Made by a program: the position numbers and the translations under genes. A DNA stretch of 64,000 nucleotides from contig CAVPGK010000013.1 in assembly GCA_963703955.1 (NCBI GenBank), positions 128,001-192,000 on the forward strand. Reading direction: 5' to 3'. Positions within the stretch are counted from its first letter, which is position 1. Every line of letters begins with the position of its first letter. The notes under the pieces were generated by a model. It ran no database searches. It was not told the origin of the DNA and was given only the letters and a program-made list of their open reading frames with translations. The DNA is from Nitrospirota bacterium. Lineage in GTDB: Bacteria > Nitrospirota > Nitrospiria > Nitrospirales > Nitrospiraceae. Shown here piece by piece: positions 1-10,168 of this stretch.

Positions 1-122
1 TTTCAATTCCCTCCGCACAAGGCTCAAAGAGAACGTTTGTTTAGACGTGAGACATCGCAAGAGGTCTATCAAAACTTGGCGTCTGCCCCAGCCTATGACC
101 CGCGCCGATATTTACATTCCGT

Positions 123-788
123 TTACCCAGATTGGTGACCCAGCGGAATAGTGATCACGATCCCACCCATGACGTCATTCATCTTGAAATCCCGTTTCGG
201 GCTGTTGGGATGTGCGTTGTGGCAACCGATACAAGCCTGCGTGACGGCCCGGTCTGCATAGACTGCTACGAACAACCGTTCCTTGCCACTTGTGATGATG
301 CCGGTATAGGGACGTTCCGGGTCCGTCTGGACCTCTTCAAGACCTTTGTCCTCGAATTCAGTGGCTGGCCTATTTTGCTTGTTAATTGGCCAGAGACCCA
401 TCAGGCGGTATCGGACCTTCGTACCGGTCTTCGCGGCGAGGTCGCTCGACTCCATAAAGAACTGTGCAGGTAAAGGTAAGGTATTGGCGGCCCGCCAGTT
501 TTCTGAGGCGACGAGAGTCCCCTTTTTCTGCAGTCGCTCAACGACGTGGACCGTGTAGAAAGTCCGGTCGGCTTCGATTACCGCGTGTATATAGTCAGTC
601 ACGGTCTCTGGAGGGATGCCCATCGGAGTGTCCGAGCCCTTCTCACCGGAGGAGCTGCCCCAGAAAGTCAGCACCGCGATTGTCGCAAGCAGTGCCCCGG
701 ACGCTAGGGTTCTGCTCAGCGCAGCGAGCAGATTCTTCAGTGCAAGGCCAAGCGCCACGCGTATGTCGTTCAATGCTCTCATAGGCAA
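123..788 (-). CDS. DUF3365/Tll0287-like c-type heme protein
   Basis: N-terminal hydrophobic segment; PLPAQF and WPINKQN motifs; CIGCH heme motif; C-terminal MGGIVITIP. Start uncertain. Confidence 0.8.
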   Translation of the reverse strand: MPMRALNDIRVALGLALKNLLAALSRTLASGALLATIAVLTFWGSSSGEKGSDTPMGIPPETVTDYIHAVIEADRTFYTVHVVERLQKKGTLVASENWRAANTLPLPAQFFMESSDLAAKTGTKVRYRLMGLWPINKQNRPATEFEDKGLEEVQTDPERPYTGIITSGKERLFVAVYADRAVTQACIGCHNAHPNSPKRDFKMNDVMGGIVITIPLGHQSG

Positions 789-1018
789 GCTCCTTTTTTT
801 ACTTCACCTCTGCTGCTTTGCGACTATAACTAGACCCACGACTTGAGTCAACTTTCACTTCGGAGCAAACGCTTTGAGCACCCAGACATTGTGCTACCAT
901 CCTGCTACCAGGCCAAGGCATCCTGATTCAGTTTGGGAACTAGTGTTGATTGTGCCAGGTGGTTCGTTGCATGCGGTCCTCTTTATGACTGACCTTCGTC
1001 CATCGCAATTCGCTATCC

Positions 1019-1033
1019 GCAAGAGCGATGCCA
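1019..1033 (-). promoter_or_regulatory. sigma-54 -24/-12 promoter
   Basis: Minus strand TGGCATCGCTCTTGC (GG-N10-GC). Confidence 0.7.
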
Positions 1034-1083
1034 ATGCTAATGAGCCGAAATGACCAGAGCGTTTCCACGTGATCGAGAGATCC

Positions 1084-1100
1084 TGTAGCCTTCTGCTACA
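1084..1100. promoter_or_regulatory. Palindromic candidate activator site
   Basis: TGTAGC-CTTCT-GCTACA; identical copy at 27138-27154. Confidence 0.6.
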
Positions 1101-1186
1101 GACTTCGTTCTCCAATCTTCGGAAACAAGCCGTTCGCCACTGATACCGCAAGTCTTTGATTCAAAAGAAACGGCTGGGAAAGAATT

Positions 1187-1209
1187 TGGGGTGAGTGACG
1201 GGTTTCGAA
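1187..1209 (-). other. tRNA-His 3'-end fragment (att-like)
   Basis: Minus strand TTCGAAACCCGTCACTCACCCCA gives T-loop, T-stem, acceptor strand, C discriminator and CCA; no 5' half. Confidence 0.6.
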
Positions 1210-1508
1210 TTACTTAGACGTCCACCGCAACTGTCGAACATCGTGAGAATTCTGCATCGAGTGGGCAGACAAGGCAAGCCAAGCCAAGATTGGCCACCTG
1301 TCCGCAACTCCGCAACCCAGGCGCAACCTGCTTCGCGCCGGTGGGCGGTGCTCGGATTCGAGCCAGCAGATCACCCTCCTCTCGATTGCAGGGAACGGCC
1401 TGGCAGGATGAGGCCTAACGCCCCAGGCCGTTCTCCGATCCTGCCGCAAAACGCTACGTTCGACGCCGCGATGACAACATTGAGGCCGGAAGACCAACAC
1501 TTCCCCGC

Positions 1509-1523
1509 AGGCACATCTGATGC
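1509..1523 (+). promoter_or_regulatory. sigma-54 promoter of the sufC/sufB-like operon
   Basis: AGGCACATCTGATGC (GG-N10-GC); activator-like site TGCCGCAAAACGCTACG at 1442-1458. Confidence 0.55.
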
Positions 1524-1547
1524 AGTAAGATTCACACGAATTGGTGT

Positions 1548-2282
1548 GTGACGATGCCTGCTCCTCTACTAGACATTCAGAATCTCATCTTCGAGGTGGA
1601 TCGACATCCCATTCTCGACAGCCTGAACCTCGCAGTCCAAGCTGGACAAATCCATGCGCTTCTCGGAGCCAACGGTTCAGGCAAGACCACATTGGCCTAT
1701 GTCTTGATGGGCTGCGATGGCTATGCGCCGAGTGCCGGGAGTATTTTGTTCAATGGCACCGATCTCCTGCCCCTCAAAATGCACGAACGGGCCAAGCTGG
1801 GGATTACCCTTGCGTGGCAAGAGCCGGCTCGATTCGAAGGTGTCACAGTGCGCGAGTACCTGAGCTTGGGCAAGTCAGATTGTGATCCAGAACCGATGTT
1901 GAGACAGGTCGGTCTCGATCCGGACCGTTATCTGAACCGGCGAGTAGATAAGGCGCTTAGCGGCGGGGAACGACACCGGATCGAGTTGGCCTCAGTCTTA
2001 TCGATGAAACCGAATCTCGCCATCCTCGACGAGCCGGCCGCAGGAATCGACATGCTCTCGATCAATCATATTATTGACATCATTCGCGCATTGAAAGAAG
2101 GTGGCGGTTCCGTCCTGCTGATTACGCACCAGGAAGAGGTCGCGCTCATCGCCGATCGAGCCTCGCAACTCTGCGCCGGCCGCATCATTTTTTCAGGCGG
2201 TCCTCGGGAAGCCGTGGATCATTTCCGTGGCCGGACCTGCGTCCGTTGCGATGGAGAAGTATGTAACTATGTCCGAGCTTGA
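1548..2282 (+). CDS. sufC: SufC-like (SmsC-type) ABC ATPase
   Basis: Walker A GANGSGKT, signature LSGGE, Walker B ILDEP, Cys-rich tail CVRCDGEVC; adjacent to a SufB/D-family gene. Confidence 0.85.
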   Translation: MTMPAPLLDIQNLIFEVDRHPILDSLNLAVQAGQIHALLGANGSGKTTLAYVLMGCDGYAPSAGSILFNGTDLLPLKMHERAKLGITLAWQEPARFEGVTVREYLSLGKSDCDPEPMLRQVGLDPDRYLNRRVDKALSGGERHRIELASVLSMKPNLAILDEPAAGIDMLSINHIIDIIRALKEGGGSVLLITHQEEVALIADRASQLCAGRIIFSGGPREAVDHFRGRTCVRCDGEVCNYVRA

Positions 2283-3204
2283 TGAACTCAAAAAGACCTT
2301 GCCGATGGTCGGAGCCGAACCGGCGATCCTCGACGATACACACATCGCGCATGTCGTGGCGCACGGGCACCGCATCCTTAGTCAGCGGACCGTTGCGGGG
2401 CTCCGCGTCGAGATGGAAGAGACATCTGAGGCCATCATCGGGAAATTGGTGATTGAAGCCGGTGCGCGGATCTCTGAACCGATCCATATGTGCTTCGGTC
2501 TGGCCCATCCAACCGGCGTGCAGCAGATCAAGATCAACGTACAAGTACTCGAAGGAGCCCATGCGCGCGTGCTGTCACACTGTCTCTTTCCCTTCGCGAA
2601 AGCGGCAGAACATCGGATGCAGGCTGTCATGGAGATCGGCTCCGGTGCCTCGTTGACCTATACGGAGGGCCACTACCACGGTCCCCACGGTGGCATGCAG
2701 GTTCTTCCCCACGCGACGATCAAGATCGGAAAAGGCGCGCATTATTTTTCAGACTTCTCCTTGCTGTCCGGCTCGGTCGGTAGTCTCGACATCGATTATC
2801 TCGTTGAGGTCGAGGAAGAAGGCCTTGCCGAACTCAGCGCGAAGATCTTTGCACACAAGACCGATCGAATCATGCTCAAGGAAGCGGTGATTCTTCGTGG
2901 GGAACGATCACGAGGTCTCATCAAAACGCGTGTCGTACTGGAGGACGAGGCGCGCGCGGAGATCACCGGGATCACCGAAGCGTATGCGAAAGGTGCGCGC
3001 GGCCACGTGGATTGCATGGAAATCGTGCAGGGCCAGGCTCACGCCAGCGCGATTCCCATCGTGAGAGTCTTTCACCCGGAGGCGAAAGTCACTCACGAAG
3101 CGGCGATCGGGAGCGTGGACAAGAAAGAACTGGAAACGCTGATGGCGCGCGGGCTCAGCCCGGAGCAAGCGGTCGAACTCATCGTGAGCGGGATTCTCCG
3201 GTGA
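2269..3204 (+). CDS. SufB/SufD-family (SmsB-type) Fe-S scaffold
   Basis: ARGHVDCMEI and VTHEAAIGSVDKKELETLMARGL motifs. Confidence 0.85.
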   Translation: MSELDELKKTLPMVGAEPAILDDTHIAHVVAHGHRILSQRTVAGLRVEMEETSEAIIGKLVIEAGARISEPIHMCFGLAHPTGVQQIKINVQVLEGAHARVLSHCLFPFAKAAEHRMQAVMEIGSGASLTYTEGHYHGPHGGMQVLPHATIKIGKGAHYFSDFSLLSGSVGSLDIDYLVEVEEEGLAELSAKIFAHKTDRIMLKEAVILRGERSRGLIKTRVVLEDEARAEITGITEAYAKGARGHVDCMEIVQGQAHASAIPIVRVFHPEAKVTHEAAIGSVDKKELETLMARGLSPEQAVELIVSGILR

Positions 3205-3221
3205 CCTGATATCCCGGCTGA

Positions 3222-3356
3222 GAAGACAAAACTGAACCCGCGTTGCCCTTCTTGCAGCGTGCAGTAGCGCGGACAAACGTCGCACTGGATGCGTCCATCC
3301 TCGAGTCGATGCCAATATTTCGTCGGCACGATCGTCGACGGCTGTGAGGTTGTCAT
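3222..3356 (-). pseudogene. N-terminal relic of the AmmeMemoRadiSam radical SAM enzyme
   Basis: TKYWHRLEDGRIQCDVCPRYCTLQEGQRG; similarity ends before the radical SAM motif. Confidence 0.7.
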
Positions 3357-3449
3357 GACAGGCTCCCTTGAGATCACGGCCGTGTGCGAGCATTATGCCC
3401 ATCAATTCCATTTGAGAATGGATGTACCCTTCCACCGAGCGATCGCCTC

Positions 3450-4511
3450 ATGCTGACGATTGACGGTTCCCGCTATTCCGGCAGTGGTACCATCGTGCGA
3501 CAGGCGGTCGCTTTCTCCGCCCTGACCAGTCAGTCGATCCACGTGGTCAAGGCCCGAGCGAAGCGGGACAAGCCCGGGTTGCGTCCGCAGCACATTCGCG
3601 TCGTTGAAGCCATCGCCGAACTCGTCACTGGATGCGCCGAGGGACTGGCGCAAGGCTCCCAGGAATTCACGTTCTGCCCCGGCCCGCTCAAGACGGGACG
3701 GCACTATAGTTGGGACATCGGCTCTGCCGGCTCCACGACCATGCTGAGTCTCGGCATCCTGCCGGTCCTGGCCTTCGGGGGATCGCGGGTTACGGTTGAA
3801 TTGCGAGGAGGCCTCTTCCAGGATTTTGCCCCGTCTGTTTTTCATCTCCAGCAGGTGCTGCTCCCGATGCTGCACAAGATGGGACTCCATACGGAAGTCG
3901 AGATTGGGCGGCCAGGCTACGTGCCCCGCGGTGACGGCATACTCCATCTCGCCGTGAAACCTCTCACTGAACCTTTCCGAGCCATCGCCAATGAAGAAGC
4001 GGGCCCCGTCACACGAGTATGGGGCATCGCCCTCTCCTCTCACCTCGAAGAACGGCGGGTCAGCCAGCGGATGGCGGACGCCGCACAAGATGTACTCGCC
4101 AAGGCCGACTATCAGGCTGAGATCGAGGTTCGCCATGATACCGAGTCTCTGCAGCGCGGTGCCGCGCTGGCACTTTTTGCCGATCGCAAAGGAACCTGGC
4201 GCCTCGGTGCAGATCAGGCAGGAGCGTTGAGAAGAAGCGCGGAGTCTATCGGCATGCACGTGGCCAATCAGTTGCTCGACGATCTCAAGTCCGGTGCGAC
4301 GCTGGACCGGTTTGTTGCAGATCAGATCATTCCGTTTGCTGCCTTGGCGTCAGGCGAGAGTCAGTTCATCATTCCGACTATTACCGATCATGTGTTGACG
4401 AGCGCCTGGCTGGCTGACCTATTTATTGGCGGTCACGTCAGGACCGACGGTCAGCGACTGGTCATCAACGGAGTTGGGTTCTGGCCAAATCGCGACCACA
4501 CGACGAGTTAG
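3450..4511 (+). CDS. rtcA: RNA 3'-terminal phosphate cyclase
   Basis: IDGSRYSGSGTIVR, PGLRPQH, GSAGSTT, GYVPRGDG, ADQIIPF and TDHV motifs. Confidence 0.9.
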   Translation: MLTIDGSRYSGSGTIVRQAVAFSALTSQSIHVVKARAKRDKPGLRPQHIRVVEAIAELVTGCAEGLAQGSQEFTFCPGPLKTGRHYSWDIGSAGSTTMLSLGILPVLAFGGSRVTVELRGGLFQDFAPSVFHLQQVLLPMLHKMGLHTEVEIGRPGYVPRGDGILHLAVKPLTEPFRAIANEEAGPVTRVWGIALSSHLEERRVSQRMADAAQDVLAKADYQAEIEVRHDTESLQRGAALALFADRKGTWRLGADQAGALRRSAESIGMHVANQLLDDLKSGATLDRFVADQIIPFAALASGESQFIIPTITDHVLTSAWLADLFIGGHVRTDGQRLVINGVGFWPNRDHTTS

Positions 4512-4528
4512 CGAGAGCTTTGCTCCTT

Positions 4529-4815
4529 ATGGATATGCTTCACCAGGCCAGTCACCCCCCCCGCTTTATGGCCGATGCGATGCTCGGTCGCCACGATGGC
4601 TGCGCAGCCTCGGGTACGACACGCCCTATGAGAAGGTCATCTCGGACGAGGTGCTGATCGAGCGTGTGATCGGGGAGAAACGGTGGTTGCTCACTCACGA
4701 AGGATACTTGGCAGAACGCAAAGTGCTCCGCGATCGCCACACCTTGATCGCGAGCGATGACCTTGAAGGCCAGTTGCGGCAGTTCCATCAGGACCTCAAG
4801 ATCAATTTCGGGCAT
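4529..4815 (+). pseudogene. Mut7-C (PIN-like RNase) relic
   Basis: RFMADAMLGR / RWLRSLGYDT across a frameshift near 4590; the C-terminal zinc ribbon is missing. Confidence 0.7.
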
Positions 4816-4818
4816 CAC

Positions 4819-5175
4819 TTATTTCCTCAGCGCCGCTTGGACCTCCGTCGCTTGTGCACAAGGCACACACCTGGTCGCCGCCGGGAGTGCCTCCAGCCTA
4901 GACTGAGGGATGTCCTTTCCACAGGTCTCACATCGTCCGTACTGACCAGCCTCCAGTTTGACAAGAGCACGGTCGATCGCCTCAATCTCGGCCTTCGCTC
5001 TCTCATCCAGACGATCGAGCAGCTGAATCATTCTCTCCTCCTGCCCTCGCTCCTCCGCCTCGCTTTCGACGTCACCTTCAAGCCAGAGCAGCTCGTCTTC
5101 GGCCTGGGCGGCCTGACGGAAGAGGTCGCGCCGTTGTCCTGAAAGCTTCTTGCGAACATCTTCAAGCGGAAGCAT
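4819..5175 (-). CDS. TraR/DksA C4 zinc-finger protein
   Basis: YGRCETCGKDIPQSRLEALPAATRCVPC. Confidence 0.9.
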   Translation of the reverse strand: MLPLEDVRKKLSGQRRDLFRQAAQAEDELLWLEGDVESEAEERGQEERMIQLLDRLDERAKAEIEAIDRALVKLEAGQYGRCETCGKDIPQSRLEALPAATRCVPCAQATEVQAALRK

Positions 5176-5198
5176 CCCCACATCCCTCCTGCACAACG

Positions 5199-5510
5199 TC
5201 AGCTACAGCACTTTGCCATTTTGTCTTTCATAGCCTCTCTGTCAGCCTTGACAACTGCTTCGACATCCGCCTTTTTTTCCGCCATAAACCGTTTGCCACG
5301 CTCGATGGTGTCATCGAGGGCTGCTCGTGCCTCGTGAGCCTTCTCCAAAACTTCTTCCTCGGCCCTTCTGGCGTACCCTTTCAATGCCTGGCGCGTTTCT
5401 TCGCCCGACTTCGGGGCGAGAAGGATACCCGCGACCACCCCCGCAACGGCACCGCCTAAAAATGCAAGTGCAATGGCCTGTGCTGAACAACCGTTGTCCC
5501 GGCTCTCCAT
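5199..5510 (-). CDS. YtxH-domain protein
   Basis: FLGGAVAGVVAGILLAPKSGEETR. Confidence 0.85.
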   Translation of the reverse strand: MESRDNGCSAQAIALAFLGGAVAGVVAGILLAPKSGEETRQALKGYARRAEEEVLEKAHEARAALDDTIERGKRFMAEKKADVEAVVKADREAMKDKMAKCCS

Positions 5511-5534
5511 AATCGTTCCTCCTTTGCTTGAAAA

Positions 5535-5679
5535 GCGAAGATCCTCGGGCTCAAGAGCTGCTTTGTCGTACAGGGCGAGGACCGACCGACGGCAGTCGGT
5601 GACATCGTCCGGAAGCTGGCCGAGACGAAGACCATCGTGACGGCGATCGATGCCATCTGCGTCGGCGAAGGTCGATAGG
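5535..5679 (+). pseudogene. ACT-domain protein C-terminal relic
   Basis: CFVVQGEDRPTAVGDIVRKLAETKTIVTAIDAICVGEGR with no start. Confidence 0.45.
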
Positions 5680-5699
5680 AGCCCTCCTGTGGGTCAAGC

Positions 5700-5830
5700 C
5701 GATGCGTGCCATCTGGATTGCGCGTACAAGCTTCAGGAATATGCCGGACGGCCACGGCGCAAACGGTCGGAGAGAAAGGCGACCTGGCCGGGGCGGAAGC
5801 AAGTGTATCGCCGCTACGACGCGAGCAGGA
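5700..5830 (+). pseudogene. pncB: Nicotinate phosphoribosyltransferase internal relic
   Basis: LDCAYKLQEYAGRPRRKRSERKATWPGRKQVYRRYD matches the NAPRTase C-terminal region. Confidence 0.7.
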
Positions 5831-6038
5831 TTGCTTCAGATCTGCTAACGACGCGCAGGAGGGCGCAAACTTGATTCAATCGTTTCTCATGTCTGCAAGC
5901 GTCTCTCCCCTCCCACACCACTCGGGGCGATCCGGAAACGAGCCGCGGGAGAGTGGGCAGGCTCCCGGAATATCTCCGGCAACTTCGCGAAGGCCCTGCC
6001 GTGCCGTCTTCACGGGAGGGCCGCTCAATCCCCCTCCA

Positions 6039-6473
6039 CTAGGACCAGTATTCCAGCGCTTTCATGTACCCGAATACGAGATCCCGTCGTGCAACAATGC
6101 CGACGAGTCGCGGACCTCTGACCACTGGCACCCTGGTCACATGGCGGTCCTGAAACAGGTTCCCCAGCGACTCAAGTGCCATATCTTCTGTGATGGTGAC
6201 GACATGCGGCGTCATAATCTCGCTCACCATAACCTTCCGAGGATCCCTTCCTTCAATCATGAGCTGGAGCAAATCGTACTCGCTCACCAACCCGACGAGC
6301 GCGCCGTCCTCCTCCACCACCGGAAGGCTCCCAAAATTGCGTTCGCACATGAGCCGCGCGATTTCGGCTGCTGTCGTACGGCAGTTGCATGTCACCACAT
6401 TGTCCTCCATGAGGTCACGCACCATCAGGCTGCGAGGGTCCCGCCCCTTGGCGATCCATTCTGTTTGTCTCAT
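6039..6473 (-). CDS. CBS-domain protein
   Basis: Tandem CBS motifs FGSLPVV..LVGLVSEYDLL and RVPVV..LVGIVARRDL. Confidence 0.9.
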   Translation of the reverse strand: MRQTEWIAKGRDPRSLMVRDLMEDNVVTCNCRTTAAEIARLMCERNFGSLPVVEEDGALVGLVSEYDLLQLMIEGRDPRKVMVSEIMTPHVVTITEDMALESLGNLFQDRHVTRVPVVRGPRLVGIVARRDLVFGYMKALEYWS

Positions 6474-6503
6474 GTTTCCTCCTTCACGCGTGGCTGGTCG
6501 CGC

Positions 6504-6956
6504 CTACCACTTGGGAGTCTCGATGTTGTAATTGAGGTAATCCCGAAGGACGTCACGGCGCGCGATGATCCCGATCAATGCACCCTGCGCATCGACAACC
6601 GGCACGCGGATCAGATTGCTCTTGAGAAAAACATGGATCAACGTCCCAACCGTCATATCGGGCAGGACCGAATAGGGGTTCGGGCTCATCACGTCCTGTG
6701 CGGACCGTTCGCTCCACTTCTCTCCCCTCTCGAGGGAGGCCAGCAGATCATACTCGCTGACGATTCCGACCAGCCGGTGCTTGTCATCGACGATTGGGAT
6801 TGCGCCGAATGATCCTTCCATCATCATGGATGCAAGATCATAGGCACTGGTTCCTTGACGAGCACATTGCACGTCTTTTTCAATGAATCGAGCCAGGGGC
6901 AGCGCGTCAAACCCCGGCTTCCCGTGTCGTGGGAGATCCTTCTTCCCGGTAGTCAT
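6504..6956 (-). CDS. CBS-domain protein
   Basis: FGAIPIV..LVGIVSEYDLL; RVPVV..IGIIARRDV. Confidence 0.9.
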   Translation of the reverse strand: MTTGKKDLPRHGKPGFDALPLARFIEKDVQCARQGTSAYDLASMMMEGSFGAIPIVDDKHRLVGIVSEYDLLASLERGEKWSERSAQDVMSPNPYSVLPDMTVGTLIHVFLKSNLIRVPVVDAQGALIGIIARRDVLRDYLNYNIETPKW

Positions 6957-7158
6957 GGAGGCTCCTTTCAGACCGCATAGGCGGTACCCTGATCCGAGTG
7001 ATTTGTCGGGCTACCCCGGTACACCCAACCCTCTGCAACCGAGCGGCCAGCTACAGGAACTAAATCATTCCAAGTCCAGGTATGCGCGTGAAGCAACTCC
7101 GGATGGTGCCTTCCATACGACCAGTACGGGATATTGAGGAGATATTCCCCTTGAGATC

Positions 7159-8304
7159 CTATTTCCACATAGAACCACTGCGTTCAGAGCCGGGAATCGG
7201 TTTACTCCGCTGCGCCTCGAGTTTGGCAAATTCCTCCAGGAGTTTGCGTTGCTTGGAGGTCAAATCTGTCGGCGTTCGGACCTCCACAATGCCCATCAGG
7301 TCGCCCTTTCCCTTTCCATCAATCCGGGGCATCCCTTTCCCTGGAATGCGAAGCGTCGTCCCCCTTTGCGTACCTGCGGGAACCGTCAGCCGGATGGCCT
7401 CTCCGCCGAGAGCAATCAGCGGTACTTTGATGCCGAGTGCCGCATCGGGAAACGTGATCGGAACCACGGTATAGAGATCATCACCCTGGCGCTGAAAGGA
7501 CGCGTGCGGTCGAATATGGGGCCGGATCATCAGATCGCCCGGCGGGCCGCCGTTGGCGTTTGGCTCACCCTGCCCGGAGAGGCGGACAACCATCCCATCA
7601 TCCACGCCGGGTGGAATCTGCACCTTGAGGGTATACGGCTTGAACTCGTATCCGTTGCCACGGCACGTCTCGCATGGGGACTCGATCCACTGTCCGCGCC
7701 CCTGGCAACGCGCGCATGTCGTCAGCGTCACCATCCGCACGCCCTTGCCCGTCTGCACCTGCTGTTTCTGCCCGGTTCCTCCGCAGTCGAGACAGGTGAT
7801 CGGCTTCGTACCTGGGTTCGCACCGCTGCCCCCACACGTATGGCACTTCTCAGACCGGGTGATCTGAATCTCGCGCTCCCCTCCTCGGGCCGCTTCTTCA
7901 AGCGTGAGATCAAGATCATAACGAAGGTCCACGCCTCTGACCACGCCATGGCTTGGACGAGTGCGTCGGCCAAAGAAGTCGCCGAAGATACCAGACAGGT
8001 CGTCAAATCGCCCTCCAAAGAAATCGCCGAATTGGAAATCCCTCATGAGATCTTCGGTGTTCCAGCGCCCGCTCACCCCGGCATGGCCAGTCGCGTCATA
8101 CTCGCGGCGCTTGGCGTCATCGGACAGCACCGCGTAGGCTTCGGCAATCTCCCTAAATTTCGCCGTGGCGTCAGAAGCCCTGTTCCGGTCGGGATGGTAC
8201 TTGAGCGCGAGTTGGCGGTAGGCTTGTTTGATCTGATCACGTGTGGCGGACCGGTCCACCCCCAACACTTCGTAATAGTCGCGTTTTTCTGCGGTGGTGA
8301 CCAC
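7159..8304 (-). CDS. dnaJ: Chaperone DnaJ
   Basis: J domain with HPD, four CxxCxGxG repeats, C-terminal domain; GTG start after GAAAGGA. Confidence 0.95.
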   Translation of the reverse strand: MVTTAEKRDYYEVLGVDRSATRDQIKQAYRQLALKYHPDRNRASDATAKFREIAEAYAVLSDDAKRREYDATGHAGVSGRWNTEDLMRDFQFGDFFGGRFDDLSGIFGDFFGRRTRPSHGVVRGVDLRYDLDLTLEEAARGGEREIQITRSEKCHTCGGSGANPGTKPITCLDCGGTGQKQQVQTGKGVRMVTLTTCARCQGRGQWIESPCETCRGNGYEFKPYTLKVQIPPGVDDGMVVRLSGQGEPNANGGPPGDLMIRPHIRPHASFQRQGDDLYTVVPITFPDAALGIKVPLIALGGEAIRLTVPAGTQRGTTLRIPGKGMPRIDGKGKGDLMGIVEVRTPTDLTSKQRKLLEEFAKLEAQRSKPIPGSERSGSMWK

Positions 8305-8344
8305 TTGCCGTCCTTTCAGCACACGGGATACGTTTTCTTGACAA

Positions 8345-8359
8345 GCAAAGCCGCGGCCA
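8345..8359 (-). promoter_or_regulatory. sigma-54 promoter of the dnaJ unit
   Basis: Minus strand TGGCCGCGGCTTTGC; activator-like sites at 8519-8535 and 8552-8568. Confidence 0.6.
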
Positions 8360-9617
8360 CCCTTGCGACATCAGGCTGAACCGTCGATAATTGAATATTA
8401 TTGTCCTGAAAAGTATCAAGATGTAAGGTCTAGGACTCATTCTTGAGCAATGCCAGTCTCAACGAAGGCCATTATTAAGCACACCTGAAAATAGATGTTC
8501 TTCTGGGGAGCTTGAGGAAGAGGAATTCTGCTACAGAAGGCATTCTCCTCGCGGGGCAGAAGGCTACATCGCAAACGCCCCAACCAGACGTGAGCACGGA
8601 ATCAACACGGAATCAAATGGAGGACGTTCTTCACGCCAGCAGTCGGCCGCGCTGGCATTTCTTTTGTTCGTGGCTAGTGTGGCCGGCACTCAACTGTGCG
8701 ATGATGTGACGGGGAGGACGGTGGCATTTCTGCTTGGGGGCCATCCTGCTGCGAGCCGCGATCTTTTTTATATTATTCTTGTTCAACAGAGCATCACTGG
8801 AGGATGCCATGCGACTGTTACTGGCGGCGCGCTTGGCCATTTCTTCGCAATCGAATCGGCTGCCGATTAACACGCTCCAACAGTTTGCGTCACCCCGCGA
8901 ACCGTTCCGGCTTTTTCCAGTCTGCATCGCGCAGGATGCCGAGGACAAAGCCGGGGAGCCATCATAAATGCCTGACAGTCCTTTGTCCGGGGAGAAAGTC
9001 TGGTCTCATTGCCAGCTCAGGACCAAATCTCAGCAGGACCCAGACGGTCCGCACGACGATTGACAACGAGCGGTCTCGTCAAGTCGCGATCAAGAACAGT
9101 CTACGAGCGACTCTCCTCGGCGGCCGTCAGCACGCTCCGCGTCATGATTTCTGAGACGGTTTCCTCACATCCCACCTGATCAATGTCTGCTGGGTCGAGC
9201 GGCACATGAGATTTCTGATAGACGGGTAACCTGAGGTTGGAAGGGTGTGACGCCAACTCCTCCATCGGGCAAGAGGCTCACAATTCCAGGAGTAAAGGCG
9301 ATCACAGGCTGGCGTGTAATCTGCTCATGCTCCATGTCATGATTCGACGTGTACGGTTGCGCAAGATCCCGGTAATGGAGAGGCGCCTCATCCTGATCGC
9401 TATTGAATCATTCAGGCTCTTGATGGATCGAAATATTTGGACAGTCGATTCGGGTATCGAGACTCGATGTTGCATGACAAGTCGCCCTAAAAAAATAGCG
9501 TGAGGCACACAATGGACAACTCGCCGCACCCTACAATCACGGACCATCTCTCTCGGTTAGTTCTTTTGCTGCCCTTCGTCTTATCAGCGCTTCAGCTCCA
9601 TGGCTTCCACTTCTCAT

Positions 9618-9632
9618 TGGCATGCGGGATGC
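9618..9632 (+). promoter_or_regulatory. sigma-54 promoter
   Basis: TGGCATGCGGGATGC upstream of a cytochrome c gene. Confidence 0.55.
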
Positions 9633-9712
9633 TCCACTCAACTAGTCGGAGACAGGGACGCTCCGAGAGCGAGTCAGTGGATATTTGACCCTAGCGACTC
9701 AATATTCACCTG

Positions 9713-10168
9713 ATGAAAATCATGATCACCATAGAGATTGCTCTCATCGCGGTTCTGATGGCCTCCTCCTCGCTCTCCTGGGCCTTGGACGGGTCGGAAG
9801 ATTCTTCCAATCTTCACCATGAGTCAACAGCCTTGGAGGATGCCGAACGGGGCCGCAGCATCTACCACAAAATCGGTGGTTGCCATTTCTGTCACGGATA
9901 TGATGGCCACCTGGACAAGCGTCCTCGCTTATCCCCCAAGCTAGCTCATGAGATTGCCCGGTTAGCCCCGCCGCCGGCCAACCTCCGAGATCCGGAAAGT
10001 CTCAAATCACAAGATGATGACCAGCGTTTTCTTTCCATCAAATTTGGACATCCGAGCACCGCGATGTTTCCCAAGAGATTTTTGAGGGACGAAGAAATTA
10101 TGGACTTGATCGCGTATCTGGCGGTACTCCGTAGTCAGGCGGCTGGGCCAAGCCGCAATCGACCTTAA
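9713..10168 (+). CDS. c-type cytochrome
   Basis: Signal peptide, CHFCH, distal Met in TAMFP. Confidence 0.85.
   Translation: MKIMITIEIALIAVLMASSSLSWALDGSEDSSNLHHESTALEDAERGRSIYHKIGGCHFCHGYDGHLDKRPRLSPKLAHEIARLAPPPANLRDPESLKSQDDDQRFLSIKFGHPSTAMFPKRFLRDEEIMDLIAYLAVLRSQAAGPSRNRP

Larger units (their letters stand above)
954..1139. repeat. Degenerate copy of the regulatory region at 27008-27243
   Basis: 954-1101 aligns without gaps to 27008-27155; similarity resumes (cttcgttctcca...gccgtt) after a gap of about 46 bp. Confidence 0.9.

Noticed and set aside
5830..5891. Possible rpe-like start (IKFAPS) on the minus strand
   Set aside because: Too short and interrupted by a stop.
5706..8379. Long plus-strand ORFs 5706-6812 and 7249-8379 (and similar ones such as 58022-59284)
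   Set aside because: Antisense shadows of clearly identified genes.
8664..9550. Several short ORFs between dnaJ and the cytochrome c gene
   Set aside because: They look degenerate and no family was recognised.
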